Shown in pieces: positions 23,701-29,266 of a stretch of DNA of 64,000 bases (position 1 is the first letter of the stretch; every line of letters starts with the position of its first letter). The position numbers and the translations under genes are program-made. Source of the DNA: Escherichia phage BF17; sequence record MW822008.1; one strand, given 5' to 3'. Below the pieces are notes generated by a model that ran no database searches, had not been told where the DNA came from, and saw only the letters and a list, made by a program, of their open reading frames with translations.

Positions 23701-24685
23701 TGTTACCAAATTCATTACCTTTGATAATAAGAACTACGTCACCATCTTGTGGTTCACCACTCGGACGGCTTTCAGATTCTTCGTCTGGATCTAATGCTAG
23801 ACCATACACACGTGTTCCATCTTGCATACGTTTAACATATACTTTATAAATTCGGTTGTTTTCACCATTGTTACCAATACTGGTGAAAAGAATACGCATA
23901 CCATCTTGTGGAATAATACCATCAATACGTATACCGCTGTTAATATCTTTTTGTACGATATCTTCAGGTTTAATAATATCAGAGAACAAATCAACTGTCC
24001 CACGGAATTTAGTACCGTAGTTCATTAGTTCGATATTTTTATTGTATTCGATAATTGGTGCACGAGCACGAACAAAACGGGAATCTTGCATTAGTTCTTC
24101 AGTTAGGATAGTACCATCTTCTAAAGTTTCACCTAATGTGTACCAGAAGTTTTGTAGTGACCAAGTGTTACCATTTTCTGCACCACGTTCCATTACAATA
24201 TAATCTGGAGTTGTGATATTATAGCTATTCTTGGAATCCCATAGGTATGAACTGTAGTTGTTCATTTTATTTGGGTTAATTGGTGGGGTCCATGAATAGA
24301 ACTTACCATTAAACAAACGGCTTTCATTTTCGGTTAGTGCACCGTAATGATTCATATAGCCAACTAGATCATCATAAAATTGAATTGAACGAATGCTGGA
24401 GTCATCATTTCTTGAGACATACGCAGTGGACAACTGATATAGTTGACGTGCGACTGTTGACTCGTGTAAGAAGATGTTCCCTGCTGCTGCCGGAGAACCC
24501 ATGTCACCAATGTAGCCGTCAACTAATTCGTTTTCAGCCGGATTAAACCATTGTTGGATAACATCATCACTGACTTTCTGAATATCTTCTAAGCCTTGCA
24601 TCCACTCAGGCAATCTTTTTATGAAAAGCTTCTTCTGTACTGCTTCAGCCATCTGTGTAGGTTGAAACTTAAAATTATTAGTCAT
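14714..24685 (-). CDS. Giant virion protein (~3,320 aa), baseplate or tail-fiber associated by synteny
   Basis: Single uninterrupted ORF. Preferred start ATG 24683-24685 (MTNNFKF..., RBS GGAG 9 nt upstream); the ORF-track start 24715 lacks an RBS. Follows the gp6-like gene in the baseplate operon. Confidence 0.7.
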   Translation of the reverse strand: MTNNFKFQPTQMAEAVQKKLFIKRLPEWMQGLEDIQKVSDDVIQQWFNPAENELVDGYIGDMGSPAAAGNIFLHESTVARQLYQLSTAYVSRNDDSSIRSIQFYDDLVGYMNHYGALTENESRLFNGKFYSWTPPINPNKMNNYSSYLWDSKNSYNITTPDYIVMERGAENGNTWSLQNFWYTLGETLEDGTILTEELMQDSRFVRARAPIIEYNKNIELMNYGTKFRGTVDLFSDIIKPEDIVQKDINSGIRIDGIIPQDGMRILFTSIGNNGENNRIYKVYVKRMQDGTRVYGLALDPDEESESRPSGEPQDGDVVLIIKGNEFGNSSMYWDGSHWIQAQSKTSVNVFPQFQLYDRNGVKLNNTTTYPSSTFTGSSLFGFKINYNYATDSVYGYNIELGDYNYYTYENFLQSTRYTYEHLGVEVEIDGLYYYNVIGEGNTMNLETDWVRSTEYSKQYVKQTPQVERTVMFRVFSTVYDMESFKDPVEGMYAYVIEVDRTYQYYKAERETYLDWHVIVGDGVQSVKYNHTFELAQKVLDNSDDIIELVVDGVEIKEYTKTVVNNQVQSITIDSSVDLDEDSVVQIRTYSSTITPNKELGAYEVPINLQNNPYNSNIEYINQGDYTLHFQDIIQKNITSGSADDFNNYEERLAAGLVNNGVGTKIIQNEASMLPLMAHTANEDIDLFESIMFMQAEYFRFINKFNTQMLRLYEEDPSAFLGNSASNIVDAILTAINMGRDSTFPFYYDNVASTAGFIRAFVPPTPQFLGILQAYTPQKATFLTAGSKSSCYNISHTGIISKAYRVINGVDKMDDVVFELENRIFNSIDLTFKDIDYKPVLNSEDLFPTPYFTGTDYSAEEKKTLLLRGYINFTATNGISNSTHDYDANNWRTWNYTGSYYVVDGQRTEIPARGSWRAIYTDQYGTYRPATHPWEMMGFSQRPTWWNQEYEPTAVQVGEREGDVVYVYEALVMNENGDLVPSGLWDIDGTIGDSSTGTILSGERRGQYDKYKRFGVQPFKITKTGEKTSTGIDICEVEYIAPEVLGLVSGNLDHRAEPWSYGDMGDMEFTYMNTAMFAYDQMLLLYKAKPAQFANYYWDTRNDNLKPVYTDGSQFLYGETRKRLNFDSTTLVHGEKNTRTIGYQMFVSDYLMYQNKNITTKYGDVVRSSYVNVAHKIGGFTKADQLTFTAKSFGLISQENQTIGLVRSNNIRDEQMSAVKITWNGSAYQIDGYDLVGAKFKYKIPVKNGRKVTLKLEDRTVVHYNEWKSEGTLEYGKIFNTYQEVYTFICGYGEYLKEHGWIFEDVNDSGTQQDWTTIAKDFVIWSQNNLSTGEFISCTPSAANAKFGADFGSVQSVTQNSGGVWSLLDDENQGIRQYEIETSRIGNVFTVRTTSESQKRMALIRLSLSSYEHAVVFDDKTIFGDYIYQPTYGAIQELIKMYGYITGSWTGRLQAPGFIILEAGTLPSFEKLVTDFELYYNSETPVSDVQLQELSNHLIGYQTRDYLQRMISSDVSRVDFYKGFIHDKGTNQVMEKVLRVSKSYDTDEYKALQEWAFKIGTYGNINGKKNLQFKLINDQFKQQPQMVSFDVNATSNGTGNGIVYYGEQGVDSRWITRPNGKFSFPMRSGRSENIQLPDIGPVTLDEISYVTKDFSTAYNDRINYMNNSGEIPDSVWMFKDGNDLWNIFELVDTEVEMLSIVPIENTDVYAEQFCKVTLSDDIPLNDGDYYYFVDETNFMPDTLTIESQYYTAGNDPRVMVVPFDTSITIDFTDPDTRPRLYRYVSRFSTEEMRQEYIDRKYSFKAPQSTLFDRPTTYDERTNITALYLNVFDPINGVIPGAAMQNVTYTSPVDPAQYNSNGELIQAWGADKVGQVWWNTSTAFYLDYTRAIYDADGNVDVDATNEYKRYNWGRLLPHSTVDVLEWVCSPVEPYNWDKYCKDVANKNKNNTMYLPSGTALEDNYSTFLEYDSTTDTYVTKYYFWVRDTIYVPPLHSRTKSCTDIARIIKEPAQLNIPWFAPINESSFILSNMQFEVNDDTSILTVSYYMDNTEVIKHDQYQLCKEGDSYNFNPSIWTSMWNSMIGQETTESGTVIDLLYPLVPNGLGSNKTWFQDVIEARRNFVESANNYYRSQNITTNTVLMDEVFNVKTTEVNPNEVSYRVLTYNSELVIAPESDKFKENDAVLVSTSGVLPTPLSTSSVYFVHIDANGYIHLMNSPSSAGSVVTITLENRGEGQQKMIKQSDYVEALGTSLDMTQYWSLADWYDIGYDKNTAYTQESSLEDANTKNYQVGDIIRITDVDGIWTLYIKAQSRDSVYWKAIGRENSTVELNDMLYADYTVRDANGSLSNREINVRKALALLKNSFDLHQSEIVFDMVKYVHVEQSVVDWVFKTSYIYIVGLEQSLVQNYSNDNLINQIVEYFEEVKPYRTKIRSQIEQKTSDDDLIKGLCNDLDPNGYIFADGTWVKTEKDIWDYEYAQFNEVTQRWEQVGELPSDFVTPNRRFQEIDVIMHYDNTQCKPNDNLASVDVLEEVNKKYQSNAQDVVSNFELQRYKYTFPEYSDEDFDLLVAYQMQLYYPELNVTLGIAYGVNQWYADHADDLVATAEFTETLNRVYKESTQNEMFNDVNHYVQYNTLSNRLKLYTGADDEVIHDEVGCGFSGLTYDDNPSTRLPFGYASSTDYNFGYFEVSSELYNKYVSLIKENNTTATDDEVRIILEVEYGVYSYRHVDENGNQRFYNDAIHVLSGMRGLYDKDATDHYEKAEEILSRMPIDIHAFTMMPRKYVYVNVNGVYESIPDDQSIDDFMEDKFITDGQLVQLAEINLDDLPLDRNNPMYSDYQHILDSITDAKYYDDMNAFDNLALESQTSELKWEVEGDEVDPYIIDISDINPSGRKIGQIRFTVDGYGFNSVSLVQLRDNSRYKTEGMVIINPYKTTEAIVSIPSYAKIENDISKSYSKYDEKYFYKIKSIVSDTEAEVIDNTLSDGDKVMIFTTDGEDYVRYQNNAWETILSVSKIKTDTTPTLYTVRNTANGTVELLDSTGVVLRYDNITKQQQNEPAIPLALNIVRIRTFADPEFLVDGVKLYETNRNYAIDAMNYEVFYDTTLYGGSYNDGITPDDVDVWVVSNEIFEVDGVTIDNGYNLPITGAGVLSELVRTKMTDSVEINVFEYDVGIIQPVLNADGVWEYAYPLVSDTYIGVVGGTVTNITAISEENATYVSQPDSVSPYSVTNNVLSGAGASMNDIISLGFEKVEVRFANNLLRGVMYSAEHDFKENVTYSFNGLNLGKVNLLKRYSVNSYPIELSVYSDSLQISGNDIKNLLEVK

Positions 24686-24722
24686 TTTTGGACTCCATAT
24701 AATTCGTTCATTCATTTGATTT

Positions 24723-24730
24723 ATTTATGA
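24723..24730 (-). promoter_or_regulatory. Late-promoter-like CATAAATA (minus strand)
   Basis: Sits between the terminator 24731-24757 and the giant gene RBS. Confidence 0.3.
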
Positions 24731-24757
24731 TATAAAAAAGACGTTCCGAAGAACGCC
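24731..24757 (-). terminator. Intrinsic terminator with UUCG tetraloop (minus strand)
   Basis: Minus strand reads GGCGTTC-TTCG-GAACGTC-TTTTTTAT just after the 1153-aa gene stop. Confidence 0.65.
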
Positions 24758-24765
24758 TTAATGTG

Positions 24766-27700
24766 TTATGAACCAATGTTAATGTTACTCTTAGCCAAGG
24801 AATTGACTATCTGTACGTTATCAACTGATGCAGTACTTAAGAAAATCTGGTCAGAACGTGAAGGGATTTCAAATAGTGATCCAAATTTAGAGTTAGGGTT
24901 TTGAGCTACGATAACAATAGTACTAATATGTCGTCCTAATTGGGAGTGAATGTATGTACACAAGTCTGTGTAATAGAAACTTTCACCAAAATCCCAGTTG
25001 TCAACATTAAAATACTCGTTAGTTAGTGCTACGACATTTTGACGAATTTCATCATCACTCATTGTACTGTTAGGCAATTTGACGACTTTAAAATCTGCTT
25101 TATAATCTTCAGCAGCACTCGCACCAAATAATGGTAGATATTCTGCACTATGCCAAATAATACTGTCACTGATGACTATTTTTTGTTCAACTTCTTTAAA
25201 AATGTCTTTCAATTCAACAGATGTTGGCGGTTTAGGCATATTACCTTGTGTTCCATTCTTCAACCATACATCAACTTCAGTTTTGTATGAATTGGTTAAT
25301 ACATACATGTCAATCAAGTTTGTTCTACTTGGGTCAATGCGATTATCATCTGGTGCATAATGTTTCCAGTGGAAATCAATACCAGTTCTTGCATTCGTTT
25401 TTACGGTATATTGTGAAGTTACATCTTTATAACCATAATAATCTAACTTTTGGTTAACATCAGCATTAGTACCGATATTAACAATAGCACGATAAAACGC
25501 AAGTTCAGGAGTTGCAGCAGTTGTATCATCAGAATAGGTCAAGTTCTCAATTAATTGGTTTAAACGGTCATTATTATTACCAACAGTTTGTTCAATGAAG
25601 TAATATTTACCATCATAGTTAAAGCCAACTATAAAGCCTGAACCTTTACTATAGATACCACTCAATGTTGTTGATCGAATAGCATTGTTGCGAACAAATT
25701 CACTTCTCTTATACGCATTAGTTTCTGCAAGTGCCTGATCCATTGTATAAGCCCATGAAGAATCAAGAATAGTGAAAGTATCATTCGGTAATGACAGTAC
25801 TGATATAGTGAAATCATCGTTTTCTTGGAAAACCAATATACCACCATATTTAACTGAATCTTCACCAGTCCAATTTGGTACAATTTCTCTGAATTGATTA
25901 GGTTCTAGTGGGATTCCATTACTATCAACGTTTTCAGAGGTGATAACCACACGAGAACCATCAAGATACCCGTTTTCTTGTTGAATTGTGTCATAAATTT
26001 GGAAATCTATGTTACTTGTCAACCCAGCATTACTATTGCTTGTGGTATTTGATGATAAAATTTCAATTTTGTCACTTTGAACACTACCAGTACTAATATC
26101 AGTTATCTTTTTAGAAGAAACGAAGTAAAAACGAACTTTATCACCACCAACGAACACATATTCAACGCCATTCGCATCAAATTCCCAGGTTTCAGCAGTA
26201 TATTTGATGTTAATCATAACAAGAACTTCATTTCCATTATAAGAAATAGTATCTTCATCAGTACTGATTTCTAATGGAATCCAAGAAGTTGTTTCTTTAT
26301 CATGAATAATAACAAAATCTGTCTTTTTATCAAGCATTGCAGCGATTGCTTGCACTTCGACACTATTAAAACGTGTTCTGTATTGTAAAATGTACTCTTG
26401 TGCTTGCATATTTGATGAAACTGAAGTACTTAGAACGTAATATCCATTATCAAGAACACTAACAATACTAGCCCACACAGTAGTTCCGGCATTTGAAAAC
26501 TTAATCAACGTACCAACTTGATAATTTCCGAATACGTTACCTGTTGCCCCCATAATACGACCATACGTATTAGTTGCGTAATTAGAATTGTATTCAGGTG
26601 TCCATTTTTGTTGAATTTCAATACCAATTGTATTCGGTGGATATGCTTGATAACGTTGGATTACAGCATTCTCACCAATCAATGGCTGAATATTATCAAT
26701 TACAATACTAGCATTTGTTTTGGTAGTTGGTAATTGTAAAGATTTATTAAATTGTGTGTTTTCTTGATACATTGAACCATCATCACTAAACACATCAGTG
26801 TTTTGATACTTACCAGTTGGATCATTAATATCAATGAATCGTGACTGTCCACTATATAAACGGTTAATTGCTTTAGATTTAAGAACTGTGTTACCCAAAC
26901 TCAACGGAGCAATGTTATAGTCTTCGCCGTTAACAAAACGGTTTTGAGTGTAATACATTTGTGGAGCACGAGCCTTAATTTGTTCAATTGTTTCTGCACT
27001 TTGTGCACGATCTGATTCATATTGCAATGTGAAACGAATATCCAAAGTACTGGATTCATAGCTTGATTGTGTTTTGGTTCTATAGGTGTATTTTACACTT
27101 TTGTTCTGGATTTCAGACGTTTTAATGTTGTATGTTTCACCATTACTAACACGATACCATACACGATACGTCCCACGAGGAACAACACCACTACGAGAAT
27201 CAGGATACTTAATAGTAATCTGGTCTTTATCACGAGTTGTGACAGCAAAGATTGTTTTTAGTTGACGGTTAACAGTATTGTATGCGATACTTTCCATAGA
27301 TGGAACTTTGGTCCATTTAGTACGTACAATACCATCTTCGTTGATTTCCTGAACCCAAACATCAGTTTCGTTGATATTATCTACGTTGATGTCTTGGATA
27401 CGGTTTTCTTCACGAATATTATATTGGTAATCTTGGTATGTCAATGTCCCTTGAACAAAATAAACGAAGAAACCAGTATTTGGTGAACTAAATCCGTTAC
27501 CATCATTCTGATAAACGATATATTTTTGCTCTTGTGGTTCAGGGTGACGCTCTTCAACACCAACTGCTGTAATATCAGGGTTGACAACTTCAAATGTCAT
27601 CGATTCACCATTAACTGTAGCTGTGAATGGAAGACTTGGTGCTGACATTGGAATTGTATTCATACGATATAGCTGACGAGAAACACCATTGATATCGATA

Positions 27701-28227
27701 CGTTTAACCGGATTACCAAACTGGTTAGTACTGACAAATGAACTGTTCATAACTAGAATGAAGTTCTCATACCAGTTTGTGTCCATTGGGTCATTCCAAC
27801 GAATGATTTTATCCTTAAGTGATTCGTTAAAACTATTACGAACGTCTTGGTTGGTTTTTATTTCTGTTAATTTAGCAACTGCACGACCTGGATATGAACG
27901 GCGTGGAGAGTAAGAAATCATTTTTGCGAGTTTCAGTACTGATGCACGACGAGTAGCAGTATCTAGGAAGTTCTCACGAGTGTTTAAATCCATACGGAAT
28001 GCTAAGTTCTGTCCTAGCATAGAAATGGTATCTAGAATAAAGATGAACTGGTCGTTTTCGATCCAGTCGTTGAAAGAATCTGGGTACGTAGCACGTAGAT
28101 AGTCAATCATACTTTGACGGATTGTATCAAAGTCATAAGCTGTTAGATTGATCTTATAAAAGCTTTCATATACTTGAGTCCAATCTTCACCAGCGTATAA
28201 ATTTGATTGCCTTTTTTGTTGTGACAT
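24766..28227 (-). CDS. Baseplate wedge protein, gp6/Baseplate-J-like (1153 aa)
   Basis: RBS AAAGGAA; N-terminal region (YDFDTIRQSMIDYLRATYP...LDTISMLGQNLAFRMD) resembles the gp6/J N-terminus as I recall it; lies downstream of the gp25-like gene as in conserved baseplate modules. Confidence 0.6.
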   Translation of the reverse strand: MSQQKRQSNLYAGEDWTQVYESFYKINLTAYDFDTIRQSMIDYLRATYPDSFNDWIENDQFIFILDTISMLGQNLAFRMDLNTRENFLDTATRRASVLKLAKMISYSPRRSYPGRAVAKLTEIKTNQDVRNSFNESLKDKIIRWNDPMDTNWYENFILVMNSSFVSTNQFGNPVKRIDINGVSRQLYRMNTIPMSAPSLPFTATVNGESMTFEVVNPDITAVGVEERHPEPQEQKYIVYQNDGNGFSSPNTGFFVYFVQGTLTYQDYQYNIREENRIQDINVDNINETDVWVQEINEDGIVRTKWTKVPSMESIAYNTVNRQLKTIFAVTTRDKDQITIKYPDSRSGVVPRGTYRVWYRVSNGETYNIKTSEIQNKSVKYTYRTKTQSSYESSTLDIRFTLQYESDRAQSAETIEQIKARAPQMYYTQNRFVNGEDYNIAPLSLGNTVLKSKAINRLYSGQSRFIDINDPTGKYQNTDVFSDDGSMYQENTQFNKSLQLPTTKTNASIVIDNIQPLIGENAVIQRYQAYPPNTIGIEIQQKWTPEYNSNYATNTYGRIMGATGNVFGNYQVGTLIKFSNAGTTVWASIVSVLDNGYYVLSTSVSSNMQAQEYILQYRTRFNSVEVQAIAAMLDKKTDFVIIHDKETTSWIPLEISTDEDTISYNGNEVLVMINIKYTAETWEFDANGVEYVFVGGDKVRFYFVSSKKITDISTGSVQSDKIEILSSNTTSNSNAGLTSNIDFQIYDTIQQENGYLDGSRVVITSENVDSNGIPLEPNQFREIVPNWTGEDSVKYGGILVFQENDDFTISVLSLPNDTFTILDSSWAYTMDQALAETNAYKRSEFVRNNAIRSTTLSGIYSKGSGFIVGFNYDGKYYFIEQTVGNNNDRLNQLIENLTYSDDTTAATPELAFYRAIVNIGTNADVNQKLDYYGYKDVTSQYTVKTNARTGIDFHWKHYAPDDNRIDPSRTNLIDMYVLTNSYKTEVDVWLKNGTQGNMPKPPTSVELKDIFKEVEQKIVISDSIIWHSAEYLPLFGASAAEDYKADFKVVKLPNSTMSDDEIRQNVVALTNEYFNVDNWDFGESFYYTDLCTYIHSQLGRHISTIVIVAQNPNSKFGSLFEIPSRSDQIFLSTASVDNVQIVNSLAKSNINIGS

Positions 28228-28283
28228 AATTTATTCCTTTAAATCAGTAAAGTACTAGTTCAGTACTGGGAATTATATATAGA

Positions 28284-28293
28284 AATATTTATC
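28284..28293 (-). promoter_or_regulatory. Late-promoter-like GATAAATATT (minus strand)
   Basis: About 60 nt upstream of the 1153-aa gene start and downstream of terminator 28297-28325. Confidence 0.3.
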
Positions 28294-28296
28294 CAA

Positions 28297-28325
28297 AAAG
28301 AAAAGCACCCCGAAGAGTGCTTTTA
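28297..28325 (-). terminator. Intrinsic terminator with UUCG tetraloop (minus strand)
   Basis: Minus strand reads AGCACTC-TTCG-GGGTGCT-TTTCTTTTT after the gp25-like gene. Confidence 0.65.
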
Positions 28326-28329
28326 TAAT

Positions 28330-28725
28330 TTACAAAGATGATACAGAATAGGTAGCCATTCTGTTGTTACTTCTTGCATCAAAAACTATAGTTAATTCTT
28401 CAAGAGTATTGAGAACAACATATTCAAGTACTATATCCATCTGATAACCGTACTCAATTCTTGATATTTGAAGTTTCTTTAAGCTTAAACGTGGGTCCAA
28501 GCTAATAATTCTACGGGCATCTGCTTCCAAAAGGTTGATTGTATTATAACCATCCAATTCAAATAGCAAATCCCACGCAATGAACCCATAATCAGCATCA
28601 AATGCACGTTCACCTTTTTTTGTATTGAAATGATTCATTAAATCCTGACGAACCAATTCACTGTCATACAATGTTTCAGTTCTTCCAACTACTGGAGTTG
28701 AAAAACCTTTAAAAACAATTGCCAT
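28330..28725 (-). CDS. Baseplate wedge protein, gp25/GpW-like (131 aa)
   Basis: Size, position next to the spike and gp6-like genes, and motifs (GERAFDADYG, DARRIISLDPR) resembling gp25; RBS AGGAAAC. Confidence 0.65.
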   Translation of the reverse strand: MAIVFKGFSTPVVGRTETLYDSELVRQDLMNHFNTKKGERAFDADYGFIAWDLLFELDGYNTINLLEADARRIISLDPRLSLKKLQISRIEYGYQMDIVLEYVVLNTLEELTIVFDARSNNRMATYSVSSL

Positions 28726-28740
28726 TATGTGTTTCCTTTA

Positions 28741-29229
28741 TTATACGGATTCGACGATGCGAGCCATCTTCTCCGCTCTGGATGTGGTTTGTTTGTACCA
28801 CGAACTATCACGCATTTCTTTACCAGCAGTTTTATAATCCCCACGACCGAGAGCAGCCATCGCTTTTTTGAAATTTAAAACTTTTGATTTACCCATTTGG
28901 AACACCATAAACCACAATACACGCTGAACCTGTACTGGAGCAGTCATTCCAAATTGATCATAGATTGATTTTGCGTCATTGTAAGCGGTCTGAGCATCTT
29001 TTATAAGGAGAGCATCAGCTTCTGCTTCAGTGAGTCCATTTTTGAAACTTTCACCCTTAAGTACAAGGTGACCGTAACCAATGGTATCAAGACCTAGACT
29101 GTCTTTATATACCCAAAACTTATCATTTTTAAAATAACCAAGTTTTTTCTGATACGCAATAGTACCTTCAAATTCTTTAATTTCTTTAAAAAATTGTTCG
29201 TCGGTATTTTTGATTTCCCATTTACTCAT
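28741..29229 (-). CDS. e: Endolysin, T4 lysozyme-like (GH24 muramidase)
   Basis: EFEGT...DSLGLDTIGYGH catalytic Glu/Asp/Thr block and MVFQMG helix typical of T4 lysozyme; RBS AGGAAA; paralogous to the C-terminal domain of the adjacent spike. Confidence 0.85.
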   Translation of the reverse strand: MSKWEIKNTDEQFFKEIKEFEGTIAYQKKLGYFKNDKFWVYKDSLGLDTIGYGHLVLKGESFKNGLTEAEADALLIKDAQTAYNDAKSIYDQFGMTAPVQVQRVLWFMVFQMGKSKVLNFKKAMAALGRGDYKTAGKEMRDSSWYKQTTSRAEKMARIVESV

Positions 29230-29246
29230 AAAGATTTCCTCATTAT

Positions 29247-29254
29247 TATTTATA
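29247..29254 (-). promoter_or_regulatory. T4-type late promoter TATAAATA (minus strand) for the endolysin gene
   Basis: Exact TATAAATA in the minus orientation, preceded by the TTTCAGTACT block seen at other late promoters; an AGGAA RBS follows. Confidence 0.5.
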
Positions 29255-29266
29255 GTACTGAAATAT

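Noticed and set aside
14714-24715. Many 60-95-codon ORFs on both strands inside the giant gene (for example 17063-17332, 18892-19152, 23078-23353)
   Set aside because: All are nested in the 10-kb ORF, lack RBS and have Ile/Leu/Phe-rich junk composition; shadow ORFs in AT-rich coding sequence.
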